From: Styela clava
Lineage: Eukaryota
Reading direction: 5' to 3'
Assembly: GCF_964204865.1 (NCBI RefSeq)
Contig: NC_135252.1
Coordinates: forward strand, 20,336,001 to 20,400,000
DNA length: 64,000 nucleotides
In this document: positions 1-13,300 of the stretch, piece by piece
Numbering within the stretch: position 1 is the first letter of the stretch
Layout: each line of letters opens with the position of its first letter
Notes under the pieces: model-generated
The model's database searches: none
Seen by the model: the letters and a program-made list of their open reading frames with translations, nothing else
What the model was told of the DNA's origin: nothing
Made by a program: the position numbers and the translations under genes

Positions 1-33
1 GCAGTCACACCGAGTGATGCAATAAATGAACAG
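1..33 (+). CDS. 3' end of an exon entering from upstream; probable earlier exon of Hsp70-lid-repeat gene 1
   Basis: Frame 1 reads AVTPSDAINEQ and ends at a strong donor CAG|GTAAGC (34) in phase 0, compatible with the phase-0 acceptor at 1343. The linkage is inferred only. Confidence 0.4.
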
Positions 34-1342
34 GTAAGCGTAAGCCAGTGGTAGGATTCAGGGTTCCTGAAATATCGTGGCAATTAGCAAATCTGTTCTT
101 TTTCATGTTGCACGTATAAGACTCCAACAGCAAATGGGTAACGTGCACTGCAGCTAGTGACTAGCGTTATGTTTGGTGTTTTAAAAGTTATGTATTAGGT
201 TTTATGTGAAGCGTGCCATGGCAATGTAGCTCAAGTACCAACATACATAAATACAATCTTTGAAATGAAGGAGTCTGTTATTAGTGAGTTCGATACTAAT
301 GAGAACCTGTTTCTAATATTTTGTAGTGTACTACTGGCGTAATATAAGCTACATCTTTTGACTACAAGGGAGAGAATAGCTGGTATATGTATTGTATTAG
401 ATTGTACTGTTGTATGAAGAAATCTGAAGCCTGCAATTCGCGTTGTTTTCTTTCTGGTGACGCATTTTAAAAATTAAAGCATGACTTAACGGGTTACGGT
501 TATGAATTTTTTCAGGTTCATATACAGGATGATTTAAAGGAAAACAAACCATAAATTTTTTAATCATTTATACGAAAATAAAAAATTTATTCAACACTTG
601 AGCTTTTGTAATTCTATGATTGTATCTGTAAGTTACAGTAATCTAGGTTGCTATTAAATTTGTATTACAATTATATTAACCCACCATTATTAAAACTATA
701 CGAAAGATCGATTATATTTTGATAGGGCCGAAGTATTTCCGATTCGGCGCCTATTTTATTACACCCTGGGTACGGCAGTGGGCACGATATTCGATCCTTA
801 AATTTTTCGCCAATATACAAAAGTCCAACGCTTTAACGACTAGGCCACAAAATTCCAACAAGGTTATGGCAATTATTCTTTCTCTGTAATGCTAAAAAAG
901 GTTTTACGTATACAGACTCGGCCGTCGAAACAATGATTAAATATTACAAGATTGATTTTCAGTTATGGCGATCACCCAGAATGTGAAAATAACCAAAGAT
1001 GCGCTACTTACCGCTTGCTCTGAACATTATTCGGAGAGAGCATTTCCAGAAGCGTATTATTGCGTTCTATTCCTCGAGATGTCGCTAAAGAAACGAAGCG
1101 ATTGGCCACGTGCGGTCTTTTTTGTGTGCTACGATTCTGGAAAAAGTTATAATCCACTTGGTTGAAACCCAATTATGCTGAAAAGTTAATTGCCAAACAA
1201 ATTCATTAGAATGTTCAAGAACATGTTTGAGGACCAACTAAACAGTCAAGGGTAGCTAGTTCCTATTTATCAAATGTAATTAATATCTTTTGAAATCTGC
1301 AGTATTTTGATTCTTCCAACCAATGTTTTCTAAATTTAACAG

Positions 1343-4300
1343 CTTGCGAACCAGGAGCGAGACGAAGCTATTCGTAGTTTTCAGAACTATATTCGTTCAG
1401 TTCAAACTCACCAAATATTTGGAGACTATGCTTCATTGCTGACATCTGCTGAACAGAATGAAGTTAACAAAAGATGCCAGGAATTGGGGCAGATGCTCAA
1501 TGAAAACCAGGTGGAGAATTTATTTATTTTAATCAAACAAAAATATTGCTTCTACTTTTCAAAGTTCTTTCAATTTTGGATCATGGATTTCTCTATCTTG
1601 TCTGATTGGTATAATAGACTGAGTAACAGGAGCGGGCAATTGTTTTCGGTTGCGTGCCACATCGTGGCCACGGATGTTAGCTGAGTGCCGCAATAAAAAA
1701 ACTGTTATTAGGAAATAAATCAATGTAGGTTTTTCACTCTTTTCCCACAAATGCACTTTTAATCACAATTTGCTGCTCAATAATGCAAGAATTATGATTC
1801 AGGTAACATTTTTACATATTTTCGTGTTGTTTAATTCACAAAAAATATTAATTTCACAATTAATTTACTTACAGAAAAATCTCGATATTGGAACAATTGA
1901 TGCCGAAAGACGAAGACTTGAAGATTTTATTGAAAGTCTTATAGAAAGTTTGGAACATAAATACAAGGTAAACTTACTCAAAAGGAATTACTTTGTAATA
2001 ATCTTGAATGAAAATGAAAAACACGAATCCAATCTCCAAAAGATGCCGAACAGCCAAAGTTCTTAAAAAATCGGAATGTCTCCGACTATTAACTGTTAAA
2101 TGTAAATTTCTTGCTGAAGATCTGATATTTTTTTTTGAAATGTGCAATATATGTGCAGTTTCAACACCATTCATGTGAGGCCGGGGTCGAAAGTTTGAAC
2201 TATCCGGAGTAGGAGTACAGAAATAAAATTTTATATTTCTGATAGCCGGGAATTATGGGCAAAATATTTAAAAATAAAAACATCGTAAATTAAAAATTTC
2301 ATTTTAAGGTCAGAAACTGGTGTTTAAAATCTATTTTTTTCCCACTCGGTGTCGAAAGTAGTAGTTATAGCCGGATTATAGCTTTTTGAATGCCTCAATG
2401 TGATGTTCGGATCAAACTGTTCTCTCCAAAAAAGCTCATAACCAACTCAACCCCATCGCACAATGGAAGTGGTTTTAAAACATAAACTCATTTTAATACC
2501 AGGAAGAGAAAAGAAAGAAAAAACAAGAGTTACGTGGCGCAATTCAAAATTTCCGTGATGACATTCGTTCTGTCAAACAACATGAAATATTCAAGCATTA
2601 TCAAAGATTTTTGAAATCAGAAGACCAAAACAAAATTCATAGGAATTGTGCCGCAGTAGAGAGATTTCTCAACGACAATACGGTAGGATTCTTAGTTTGT
2701 ACTTGTCTACATTATCATTCCTACTCTTCTGCTTAATATACTATTGATTTGGTTTCTACATTGCTTACTACATATCCTGCTACTATGTATTTGCGGTGAA
2801 GGATCTGGGGTGATGGATAAAGAATAAAGATGACTATTCTGAGTCATTTAAACGTCTTCTTGTATACTAACACAAATGTGGTTGGAAACTTTCCTCTCTC
2901 AGTCTCAAATTATGCTCGTTGAAGTGAAGTTTGATTCCGGTCTGACGAACTACTAAAAAAACACATTTGTGTCCATACGCATATGTTTTGTTTTTCAGAT
3001 TTTGCAAATGAAAATCTATACTTTATGTACGCGCGGGCTGGTCATTAATTGAACCCTGTTTTATTATAAGTGTTCCAAAACTGTTTTCCATTAAAAATTC
3101 GTTCGAACAAATTGCTTGTGCCAATTTTCAAATTAGTGTTTTGGATGAAAAGTAAATAATTATGTAAGAGAATATGTAAAACATTTATGGAAATGAACTG
3201 TTTATTTACAGGAAAACCTCGAACAAATACGCAAACAACACTCAAAGTTCAAACGTTTTGTTGAAAGTATGTCAAATAGGCTGGAAAACCAAGCTCAGGT
3301 AAATGCATTTAAAATATTTTTGTATAGGGCGTTCATGCCTCTTCTCACCAAATAACGCTCTAAGCCACTGATCCCACTTTGGAAAATCTCGTTGTATTAA
3401 CCTTAGTTCAAAGTTGGAGACGGAACTTTAACCCCTAATGGTCGGGATCCGCATTTAAAATCATATGATCAAACTAAAAAAAGTATTTGGAAATACCAGA
3501 CTTCTGAAATTCAAAATTTTATCACTCGGTTGTCAGGAGCACTAATACAATTTTATTTTATTGCGAAGTCGGGAGATGAAGTTGCCTGCTTGAATGTTTT
3601 AGAGTCTTGCTTGGAATGAGCACTTCTCCTTAAAACTACTTATATAAAACTCAGTCAACAGCCCTCGACAGAATTTTTAAAACATACTTTCGTTCCAACA
3701 CCAGGAAGAGTACAGTAGGCAAGCAAAGGAGCTACATGACGCAATTCAGAGTTTTCGTGATTACGTTGATTCTGTCCAACAACATGAAGTATTGAAGCAG
3801 TATGAAACCGTCATGACACGTGAAGATCAAAACGAAATTCGTGGAAGTTGTGCTGCAGCAGAGAAATTTCTTGATGAGAATCCGGTAACTTTACTGTTTT
3901 ACTTTTACTTAAATTATCACTCTTGTTTTTCTGGCCTGATAGGAACTCTCGACTTGGTTTATGTGGTATGATACTTAGCATATATCTAAGTTTTTAATTA
4001 GACGTATACTTTTCCTTCTTTTTTAATTCTTTTGTTTTCATAAGAAAATATGATTAAAACACTCACTCACTAGTAAAGCAGAAGAATATTTGAGTAAAGT
4101 TAGGATCCACTGCTTGTTTACAGGAAAATCTCAAACAAATACGCAAACAACACTCAAATTTCGAAAGTTTTGTTGAAAGTATGTTGATAAAGCTGAAAAA
4201 CCAAGCTCAGGTAAATGCTTTTAAAATAATTTTGCATGGGGCGTTTATGCATCTCCTCACCAGATAAGGATTTGCCAAAGTAGCCACTGATCCAACTTTC

Positions 4301-7300
4301 GTAAACATCTCTATGTTTTGGCAATTGCGTATTATACCCTATGAAAGGTGGTCGGCGTGGCATCTGAAGACGAGACCTGCAACCTGAGGAATTTCAACCT
4401 GTGTCGAACTTTTGATTCTTCCATAAAGTTGCAGACGGAACTTTCACCCCTAATAGTCGGGATCCGCTTTTAAAATTATATCATCAAATCCAAAAAATAT
4501 TTGGAATTGGAGGTACCAAACTTCTAGCAGCTATAATTTTATCACCCGCTTGTCAGGAGTACTAATTCAATTTTATTTTAATGTGAAGTCTGAAGATGGA
4601 ACCGCCTGCTTAAATGTTTCGGAATCATGCTTGGCATTAACGTTCTCTTTAAAACAGCTTATACCCAACCCAGCTCACACCCCTTAACGAAATTTGTTTT
4701 CAAAACATGCTCTCATATAAATACCAGGAAGAGAAAAGCAAGAAGGAACAAGAGCTACATTACGCAATTCAAAGTTTTCGTGATTACATTCGTTCTGTCC
4801 AACAACATGAAGTATTTAGGCAGCAAGAAAGGTTTATAACACGTGAAGATCAGAACGAAATTGGTGGAAAATTTTCTGCAGCAGAGAAATTTCTGGATGG
4901 CAATCCGGTAAGTTTGCTGGTTTATAATCAAATTTTCTCTCTCATGTTTTTGGCTTAATAAGAACTATCAAAATGTTTTGTACCATTTTCGAATTAGTGT
5001 TTTGGGTGGAAAAAAAATATAGAAATAATCCGTTTATTCACAGGAAAACCTCGAACAAATTCACAAACAACACTCAGAGTGCAAACGTTTTGTTGAAAGT
5101 ATATCAAATAGACTGCTGGAAAACCAAGCTCAGGTGCTTTTGAAATTTTTGTGTAAGAGGCGTTCATGCATATCTAGACCAGATAGGGTTCGGCGTAAGT
5201 AGCCACTCATCCCATTTTCGTAAAAATCTTTATTTTTGGCATTGCTTGTTTTAAAGGAGGTTGACGTGGGGTGTGAAATCGGGATTTTTAGCTTACTTCG
5301 CACTTTTGATCCTTACGGAGTGGTAGCCGGGGTAGGAACTTTGGCCATCTAGTGGTCGGGATCTACCATTCGAAATCATATAATTAAACCAATAATATAA
5401 TTGGAAATACCAGACAATTTTGTTTCACCCAGTTGTCTGTAGTACTAATCTAATTTTATTCTAATGTGAAGTCTGGAAATGGAACTGCCTGCTTAAATGT
5501 TTCGGAGTCGTGCTTGGAATGAACGTTTCTCTTGAAAATATATCATAACCAACCCGGCTCACATACCTTAAACGGAATTAGTTTTTAAAACATTTTCTCC
5601 TAATAATAACAGGAAGAGAAAAAAAAGCAAGAACAAGAGCTACGAGTTGCAATTCAAAGTTTTCGTGATTATATTCGTTCTGTCCAACAACACGAAGTAT
5701 TCAAGCAGTATGAAAGGTTTATGACACCAGAAGACCAGAACAAAATTCGTGAGAAATGTTCTACAGCAGAGAAATTCTTTGAGTACGATCCGGTAAGTTT
5801 GCTGGTTTGTACTTATACATATTCCCCCCACCCCCTTTTTTGCTCTTTTTTTATTCTCTTTTTTTTTCTGAGAGCACTCACTCAGTAGTAAAGCAGAACA
5901 TTGTTTGAGCAAAGTTTTAAACCACTGATTTACAGAAACAAAGTTATAAGGCAGTGGTTCCAAACCTTTTATGGCTTGTGGCCCATTTCCCAGTGTTTTT
6001 AATAATTATGGCCCCTTGATTATCATTCCAGCGGTATTTTGATTGGTATATTCCAAACCCCACTACGTTCAAACAATCCATGCTCAACATTTAAAACACC
6101 ATGTGAAATATCCTTAAGAATGCGTATATAAAGAAAAAGTACAAATTAAATGAAAATCTATTTTTGCAGAAAAATCTCAACCTCAAACAAATACACGAAA
6201 AACATTTAAAATTGGAACAGTTTGTTGAAAGAATATTGAACAAGCTGCGCCAAGCTCAGGTAATTGAGATGAGTCAGTTTCAGATGTTTTCGCACCTACA
6301 GACGTACAAGGTTGATTCCAAGCGGTCACTGATTCCTATTTTAAAAAAGGAATATAATTTTTACATTATTGTAATCAGTACAGTTTTCACGTATCAAACT
6401 ATATTCTAAAAAACTTGTTGTTTCTTTGTTGATTCCATAATGCTTCTAAGCGTTTTAAATGTTCGCGTCAGCCGCGTATGTCATGCGCTTCACAAACCCC
6501 GATCTATTACGTTATTGATGGTACAAAACAATTGGTAGATTTTCTCTGACGCAGGGTTAACAGCTTAATGGTTACCGCTTTTATTTTGATTGTGGCTATC
6601 ACTTACACTTAGCATGAGTGACTAATATAAAACCGCTCAGATATTTCTCATCTGAATAGGTACTGGATAATGGCCATGACGTCGAAGTCATTTTAAATAA
6701 AAAAAATTATGTTGATTAAGCGTTTACCAGTTTACTGAGGAAGTCTTGCATATGCCAAAGTTTTTGTTACTCGGAGTCAGAAACAATTTTTTTCGACTCT
6801 GAGTCGGGAATTGAAGCCGAATGTAATATTTCGTCGACGCCGCGGCCCTGAACTGACTGGGACTTTCCGTTGAACTGTATTTTCAACGCTTAATCTGACT
6901 GTAATTTATAGATAGATTAGTAAACGACTGGATATGTTTAACACAGGACGCATATCTGAAACAGAAAAGGGAAAAAGAGAAGGAGCAAAATGAAGCCATT
7001 CGAAAATTTCAAGAATATATTCCTTCAGTTGAAATGCATACTGAATTCGGAGATTATCAAAAGTTTTTGACGCCTGATGACAAAGATGATATAAAAGAAG
7101 AATGTATTAGATTGAAGAAATTTCTTAGTGCGAATCCTGTGAGTTCATATGTTAAATTTATAATCCATCTTTGATGACTGGATCTCAATCTATAAAAAGA
7201 TATATAAGTAATAAATACTTAAACTAAGGGTTCTCAACCATTCTATTGTTTACCCTTAGCAAGTTTCAAAACTAACATTCATTTTGCAACTGTGTATACC

Positions 7301-10300
7301 TTTTATTATAGAGTGCGGTAAGACGTAAGTGAAATATAAAAAGCGATATTAGGCTAGACCAGGGATGGACAGGGTATTTGAACCAGGGGTCAAAAAGTAC
7401 TCCGACCTAGACTGTCATGTGAGTATGACGTGAAAAGTTTAATTTCATGAACAACATTAACTGTGTTACAAAAAAAACAAAAAAAACATTAAGCATCGCA
7501 CCATGTAAAGGGCTAGAGTGAGTCCAGGGGTGGCCCCTGGTCCAAAAACCTTGCCCACCTAGACCGGCGGGCCATGTAAGTGTGACGCAAACGGTAACAA
7601 ATTAATTATTAGTATAGTACGTATATTCAAAGCATACCGAAACAAAACTGAACATGCCTATTTGAAGTGAATCGTGATTCTTGTTGCACACTGACACAAA
7701 AACGCATGTATTCGCTTGACTTGTTACAATTAAATTATATTTGTCTGGGGAAGACTGTTTTGGTTGGGCGAACATTACAGAAACACATTTGTCTTATTGT
7801 GCACCGTGATTCTTCAATCACACTTTTTTTTTTAATTTTACAAATGCGAGTCACAGTTTTATCTGCTCAATTTAAACCAAATTTTATTCGATAAATTATG
7901 TTTATACAAATGGTTCCATTAATGTTTAATTTCAAAATATTTGAATCGAAATATTTGAAATTAACTATCTTATTTATCATTAGTGAGCCAGAACTGTTTT
8001 CCAAATTTTTAAATCAGTGAGTCGGGGAGCAATAGAGAATGTATGGAAAAGAAAAAAAATAATCGAAATGAATTGTTTATTTACAGGAAAAGCTCGAACT
8101 TAATCAAATACATGAAGAACATTCAAAATTCATAAAGTTTGTTGAAAGTATATTGAAAAGGCTGCACCAAGCTCAGGTAATTGAAATGAATTATTGTTTA
8201 TGGTGTATTTCCACACCTCCTGACCTACAAGATTTCTTTAAAGTGGTCACTGATTTCATTTTTTATAGGAAACAGAATTTTTACGATATTGTAACCAATT
8301 TTTTGTATCAAACTAGTGACTATATTTCGGGAAACTCAAAAATGACAGGTTTGTCTCTTTGTTGATCTCATATATGCTTCTAAACGTTGTAAATTCATCC
8401 GCTACGCACACAGTCATTTTTGCAAAATGTTCGGTAGATTTTATTCTAACGCAGGGTTTTTTAATTACGACTTTTCCCGACTGTGGCTATTCTTTACACC
8501 AGGGCTTACCAAACTGAGGTCGCGAACCGGCATGGTGTGTGCAACGAATTTCAGGAGTCGCTAAGTATTATATCTATTGTACTATTTTAGACTTTTGATT
8601 CGGAACGCATTTATTGAAAATAGTGCAAAACGTAAATCTCACGATTTCGAGAACAAACATAGGATTAGAGAAGCGGCGCGCTTGCTTATCAATGTCGAGT
8701 TTGTTGGAAAATTTCAAATGTGATGCGGGGGGCCGCGGAAAATTCAAACATATTATAAATGTCTCGCTATCTTGAAAAGTTTGGCAAGCCCAAACTTCCG
8801 ATAACCATGTATGCCTAACGCAAAACCGTTCAGATATTCCCGATCAGTCGCTGATTGAGTACTGGACCACAGGTAGATTTCACGATTTTGTATTTCGAGC
8901 GATAAATTTGAAATGTCCTCGTATTTTTTAGACTAATTAACATCACGATATGTTTGACACAGGTCGCTGATCAAGAAATGAAAAGGAAAAATGAGCAAGA
9001 GCGACACAAAGCAATCAAGAAATTTGAGCAATATGTTCATTCATGGAAGATGCATACTATATTCGGAGTTTATCAAACGTTTTTGGCACCTGATGAAAAA
9101 GAGGCGATCGAAGTTGAATGCATCAGATCGATGGAATTTCTTAGTGGAAATTCTGTGAGTTCAATTGTTAAATTTAAAATTCCTTTTGATGGCTGGATCT
9201 AAATCGATAAAAAGACGACCATTCTATTGTTTTTACCCTTGAAAAATTTCAAAACAAAAATTCATTTTGCAACTGTGTATATCAGGGTGGTCCAAGGTTG
9301 TCGGCCTCGCGGGCCACACTATTATTTTTGTATTGCTCGCGGGCCACAATAGTGCCAACTGCCAAGAATAGGTAAACAGTGCAAACCAAAACAAACACTT
9401 TTATTGTCCAAACACATTGATCATAGTTTGTCATTTATCTAGATAAAATATGCAAAAACCACAAAAAACTCACTAAAACCTGCAAAAGTAGAAAATGCCG
9501 TTTTAGATTGTCACCGACCGACACACCTTGCAGACATATCAAGCGAGCATTATCATTTTTCCTCTCGCGGAAACTAAATTTATTCACAATTTCAACAAAT
9601 TCCACGAGCAATTTTTCAGCTAAAACAACAAAATTTGGTTTTATTCTGGTTTTGACAGCATCAGGCGGGCAAGATTGAATTATCTAACGGGCTGGATTTG
9701 GCCCGCGGGCCGTAGTTCACTCATGTCAGCGATAAACAATCTTTCTGCAACGGGAGTAAATGAACATCAATTAAGAGTACTTAGTAAGCTAAGTAGTACT
9801 GTAATAAGCTATGTGGTTAACAGCCACATTTAGCTCTTTAACTTCATTATTGCAAAATTTACGTTCGATTAACTTATATAAAACATACCCACGATTGAGA
9901 ACCCCCGGACTTATAATTAATTTAATTATGATCAGTTTGTAAAGCATTTGGAATTCTAAATCCTGAATTTTTAAAATCTATATTTTTCTTTGCTAAATAT
10001 CCTCAATGTTAACAGATAGTTCAACATTTGATAAAAATTTTATTTTTTAGGAAATGCCTGACATCAATCAAATACAAAGTGAAAAAGAAAAATTTCAAAC
10101 TTTTGTTGAAGATGTTTTGGAAAATCTACAAGAGAGAGCAGAGGCAAGCTTATTTAAATAAATGTTTTCCAAAAGTCTATAAAATTGTTTTATTTTTATT
10201 AAGTACATTGTAAACATTAGTATGAATTTAGTTTTAAAATTCATCTTTTTTGTAATGAACACACCCAAATCAAGGTTATTTCACATTTTTTGGTGCTCCC

Positions 10301-13300
10301 GAAGTATGTGCACCAAGATGGCGCACAACCTGAACATAGTATGTGTACCAGGTTGAGGTTCTGGTGGTGCGCCATCTTGGTGCACATACTTCCGCAGCGC
10401 CGTTTTTTTCATTTATTTTTATTTGAGTAACGGTTCACGACTGCGTGTGTCTTCTGATATTCGATCCGCTACAATTTCCGCAGGGGATTTAAATCCCAGA
10501 TCTACCTTTATTTTACTCGGAGCAAGGCTCTAGTCTAGAAAAATTGTCGTTTTGACATACGAATTTGCTAAAATTTAACTGAACATTAGTCGTTTTAGTT
10601 TGGCATACATTACAAGAAAATATTTCGAGGGGGCGTGAAGCTAATTAAAATTATTTGGTAAATTTGATCATGTCAGCCTTATTTTGAATATTTACATTTC
10701 TTTATTTATTTGTATATTTACGTTCCATCCACGTATTTTAAACGTGTTTTCCAATAAAACACACTTCCGCCTTACTATCTGTTATTCGTAGCTTATTGTT
10801 AGCTGCTAGTTATTTTTGAGGCGGAGCACGAGACTTGACAAATTCTAAAATGGGAGCGCGGCTTGAAAAGTATGAGAACCACTGCTCTAATGATATACTT
10901 ATATTTATTTTTCATTGAGTGGTACGGGTCAGATGTTCACCACGCGACGATCGTTTCTCTAAACCCTAAACTAAAGGTTTTCCAGTACTGATGTGAGTTT
11001 CTCTTATAGATTAACAGGGAATCGCTGATAATAGGCCGAATATGAGTCTTTCGCGTCATGACCATGTATTTGAGCATTGCCATTTATTAAGAAATGTATT
11101 TTTTTTATTATATCTTAATTTTGATATTTATTATAAAAAGAGTTTTTTCCAAACATTGCTAATAAAGTATACCATGCACTCAAACACGCGACTGTATTAC
11201 ATAATACAGTTTGCTGAGCAGGAGAAAAAGAAAGAGGAACAGAAAATATCTGAAGAAATTCAAGATTTCAAGAAGTTTATTGAGTCAGTAAAAACTTGCA
11301 CAGAATTCCAAAAATATGAGAGATTTTTATCCGACAATGACAAAAAGGAAGTCAAAAATAAATGTTTTGAGTCGGAGCAATTTCTCGAAAGAAACCAGGT
11401 CAGTTAGTCATTTGAATTTTCGAATATTAATGTAAAAAATGGATTGTATTTCAATGTCACATTTAGCAATTTTTCTACCATAACAGGAAAGTCTTGATAT
11501 AAGACAAATAAGCGTCAAGAGATCTGAACTTGAAGAATTTGTCAAAATTCTGATGGGCAGCCTAGAACAAAAATCTAAGGTAAATGTATTTTATTTATTC
11601 TAATTTTATGAAAACCATTTATTTTTTCAAAATCAAAAGTACAAACGTATTGGAACTTATAGATACTTATGACTCTTTGCAGTTGTTGGGCCATTTCATT
11701 TCTTTAATGCAAATTTATTTCTATCAAAACTAATAATAATTAAACAGTTAGGAAATGATATAAATCAGCCGTGTGCAACCTTTAATACAAAAGGGCCACA
11801 TACAAATAGGTGAAACCGCAGGCCGCACCTTTATTTAACATAAGCTTTCTAGTAGTTTCAGGCACATTTTGGTTATTGATCTTCTAATATTCCTTATTCG
11901 CTTCGTACAAGCTAGCTGTTAGGCCATTGTATCGTCATAGGAATAGATAGATAATAAGTACAATGTAAAAATTAGTATGAATGCAGTTTTAAAATTTATG
12001 TTTTTACCTATTTGAACCTATTTGCCTAAATCAAGGTTATTCCATGTATTTTTTTTCATTTGTTTTTATAAGAGTAATGTTTCACGACTGCGTATGTCTT
12101 CTCATATGTGAGCCGCTAGTCGGCATTGTTTGCCAGTTTATTTTATCTCGAATATGGTGACAGGCATGGGATATTATTTTAGATTTTCATACATTCTACT
12201 CGGAGCATGGCTTTAAATAAATTGTCGTTCAGACATACATATTTGCTGAAATTCGTTAGCACAGATCTCTGAATTTAACTTGAGAAAGAGATAGTTGGTA
12301 ACGTAAAGCTGCGGTCACAGATTTTTTCATGTTGTAACTACATCAATAAACATTAGGTTGTCATTTTTCAGGATTGTAAGATTTAATTTATATCACATTT
12401 GTCTTGTTTTCTCAGACGTTGTCATAATTAGATGTAATTTTAAACAAAGAAAACCCACTGATTTCTGTATCAAAGTATTTTAAAATTTTACAGAACGAAA
12501 AACTGGAGAAGCAAAGGAAAGAAGAGCTGAACAAAGCAATTGAAAATTTCCAGCAGTATATTCGTTCAGTCAAAGAGCATTCTGTATTCAAGCCGTATGA
12601 AATGTATTTATTACAAGGTGACAAAGACTTAATTAATGGAAGATGCGAGGAAATGAATACATTTCTCAACTCGGTAAGATTTATTCGAAATATTACTTTG
12701 TGTTATGCATTTTCGAAAATCAAAAACTTCGTGGCTGATGAAATAATCTCATTTGTCTTGGTGAGATTTGGCTTTAGCCTACAAGTCAAAGTTCAAACAG
12801 AGATATCATTCATTACAGCGATTTATTCAACACATAGTCATGATATATGATCCAGCTCACTCCTATAACATAAAAGTTTGTTAATAAGCTAAAACTGAAA
12901 GTTTTGTCCCCAACTCTTAGAGTTATCGGTACGTCTCTTTTGTTTAACCCTTTTCTTTTTTTCGGAAACAAGTCACGCCCCTAGTTAGAAACAAAACGAC
13001 GCTGACTACTACTGTCAACCCTGTGCTTGACTGCTAGAGTGAGAAATTTTTTATCATTGTCAGAAATGTAATTGGAATATTATTTTTAGAAAAACCTCAA
13101 CATGAAACGGATAGAAGACAAGACAGCAGAATTTGGAGTCTTCGTTAATCGTGTACTGGATGGTCTTAAACACAAAGCTCAGGTAAGTGTATGTTGCTGC
13201 ATTATGGGAGAGGCATACGTGTCTGACATCGGATTGAATTTAAGGTTTGCCAAACAAAAGTCAACAGTTTCTATCTGGCAGTTAGAAGGCACAAAATGAA

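Noticed and set aside
963-1251. Exon-like segment with a 66-aa ORF (MAITQNVK...) as the start of gene 1
   Set aside because: It has a good acceptor, but stops occur in all frames before the candidate donor at 1252. The ATGs at 1211 and 1223 would splice in phase 2, out of frame with exon A1. It may be UTR or a decayed exon; a death-fold resemblance was too weak to support.
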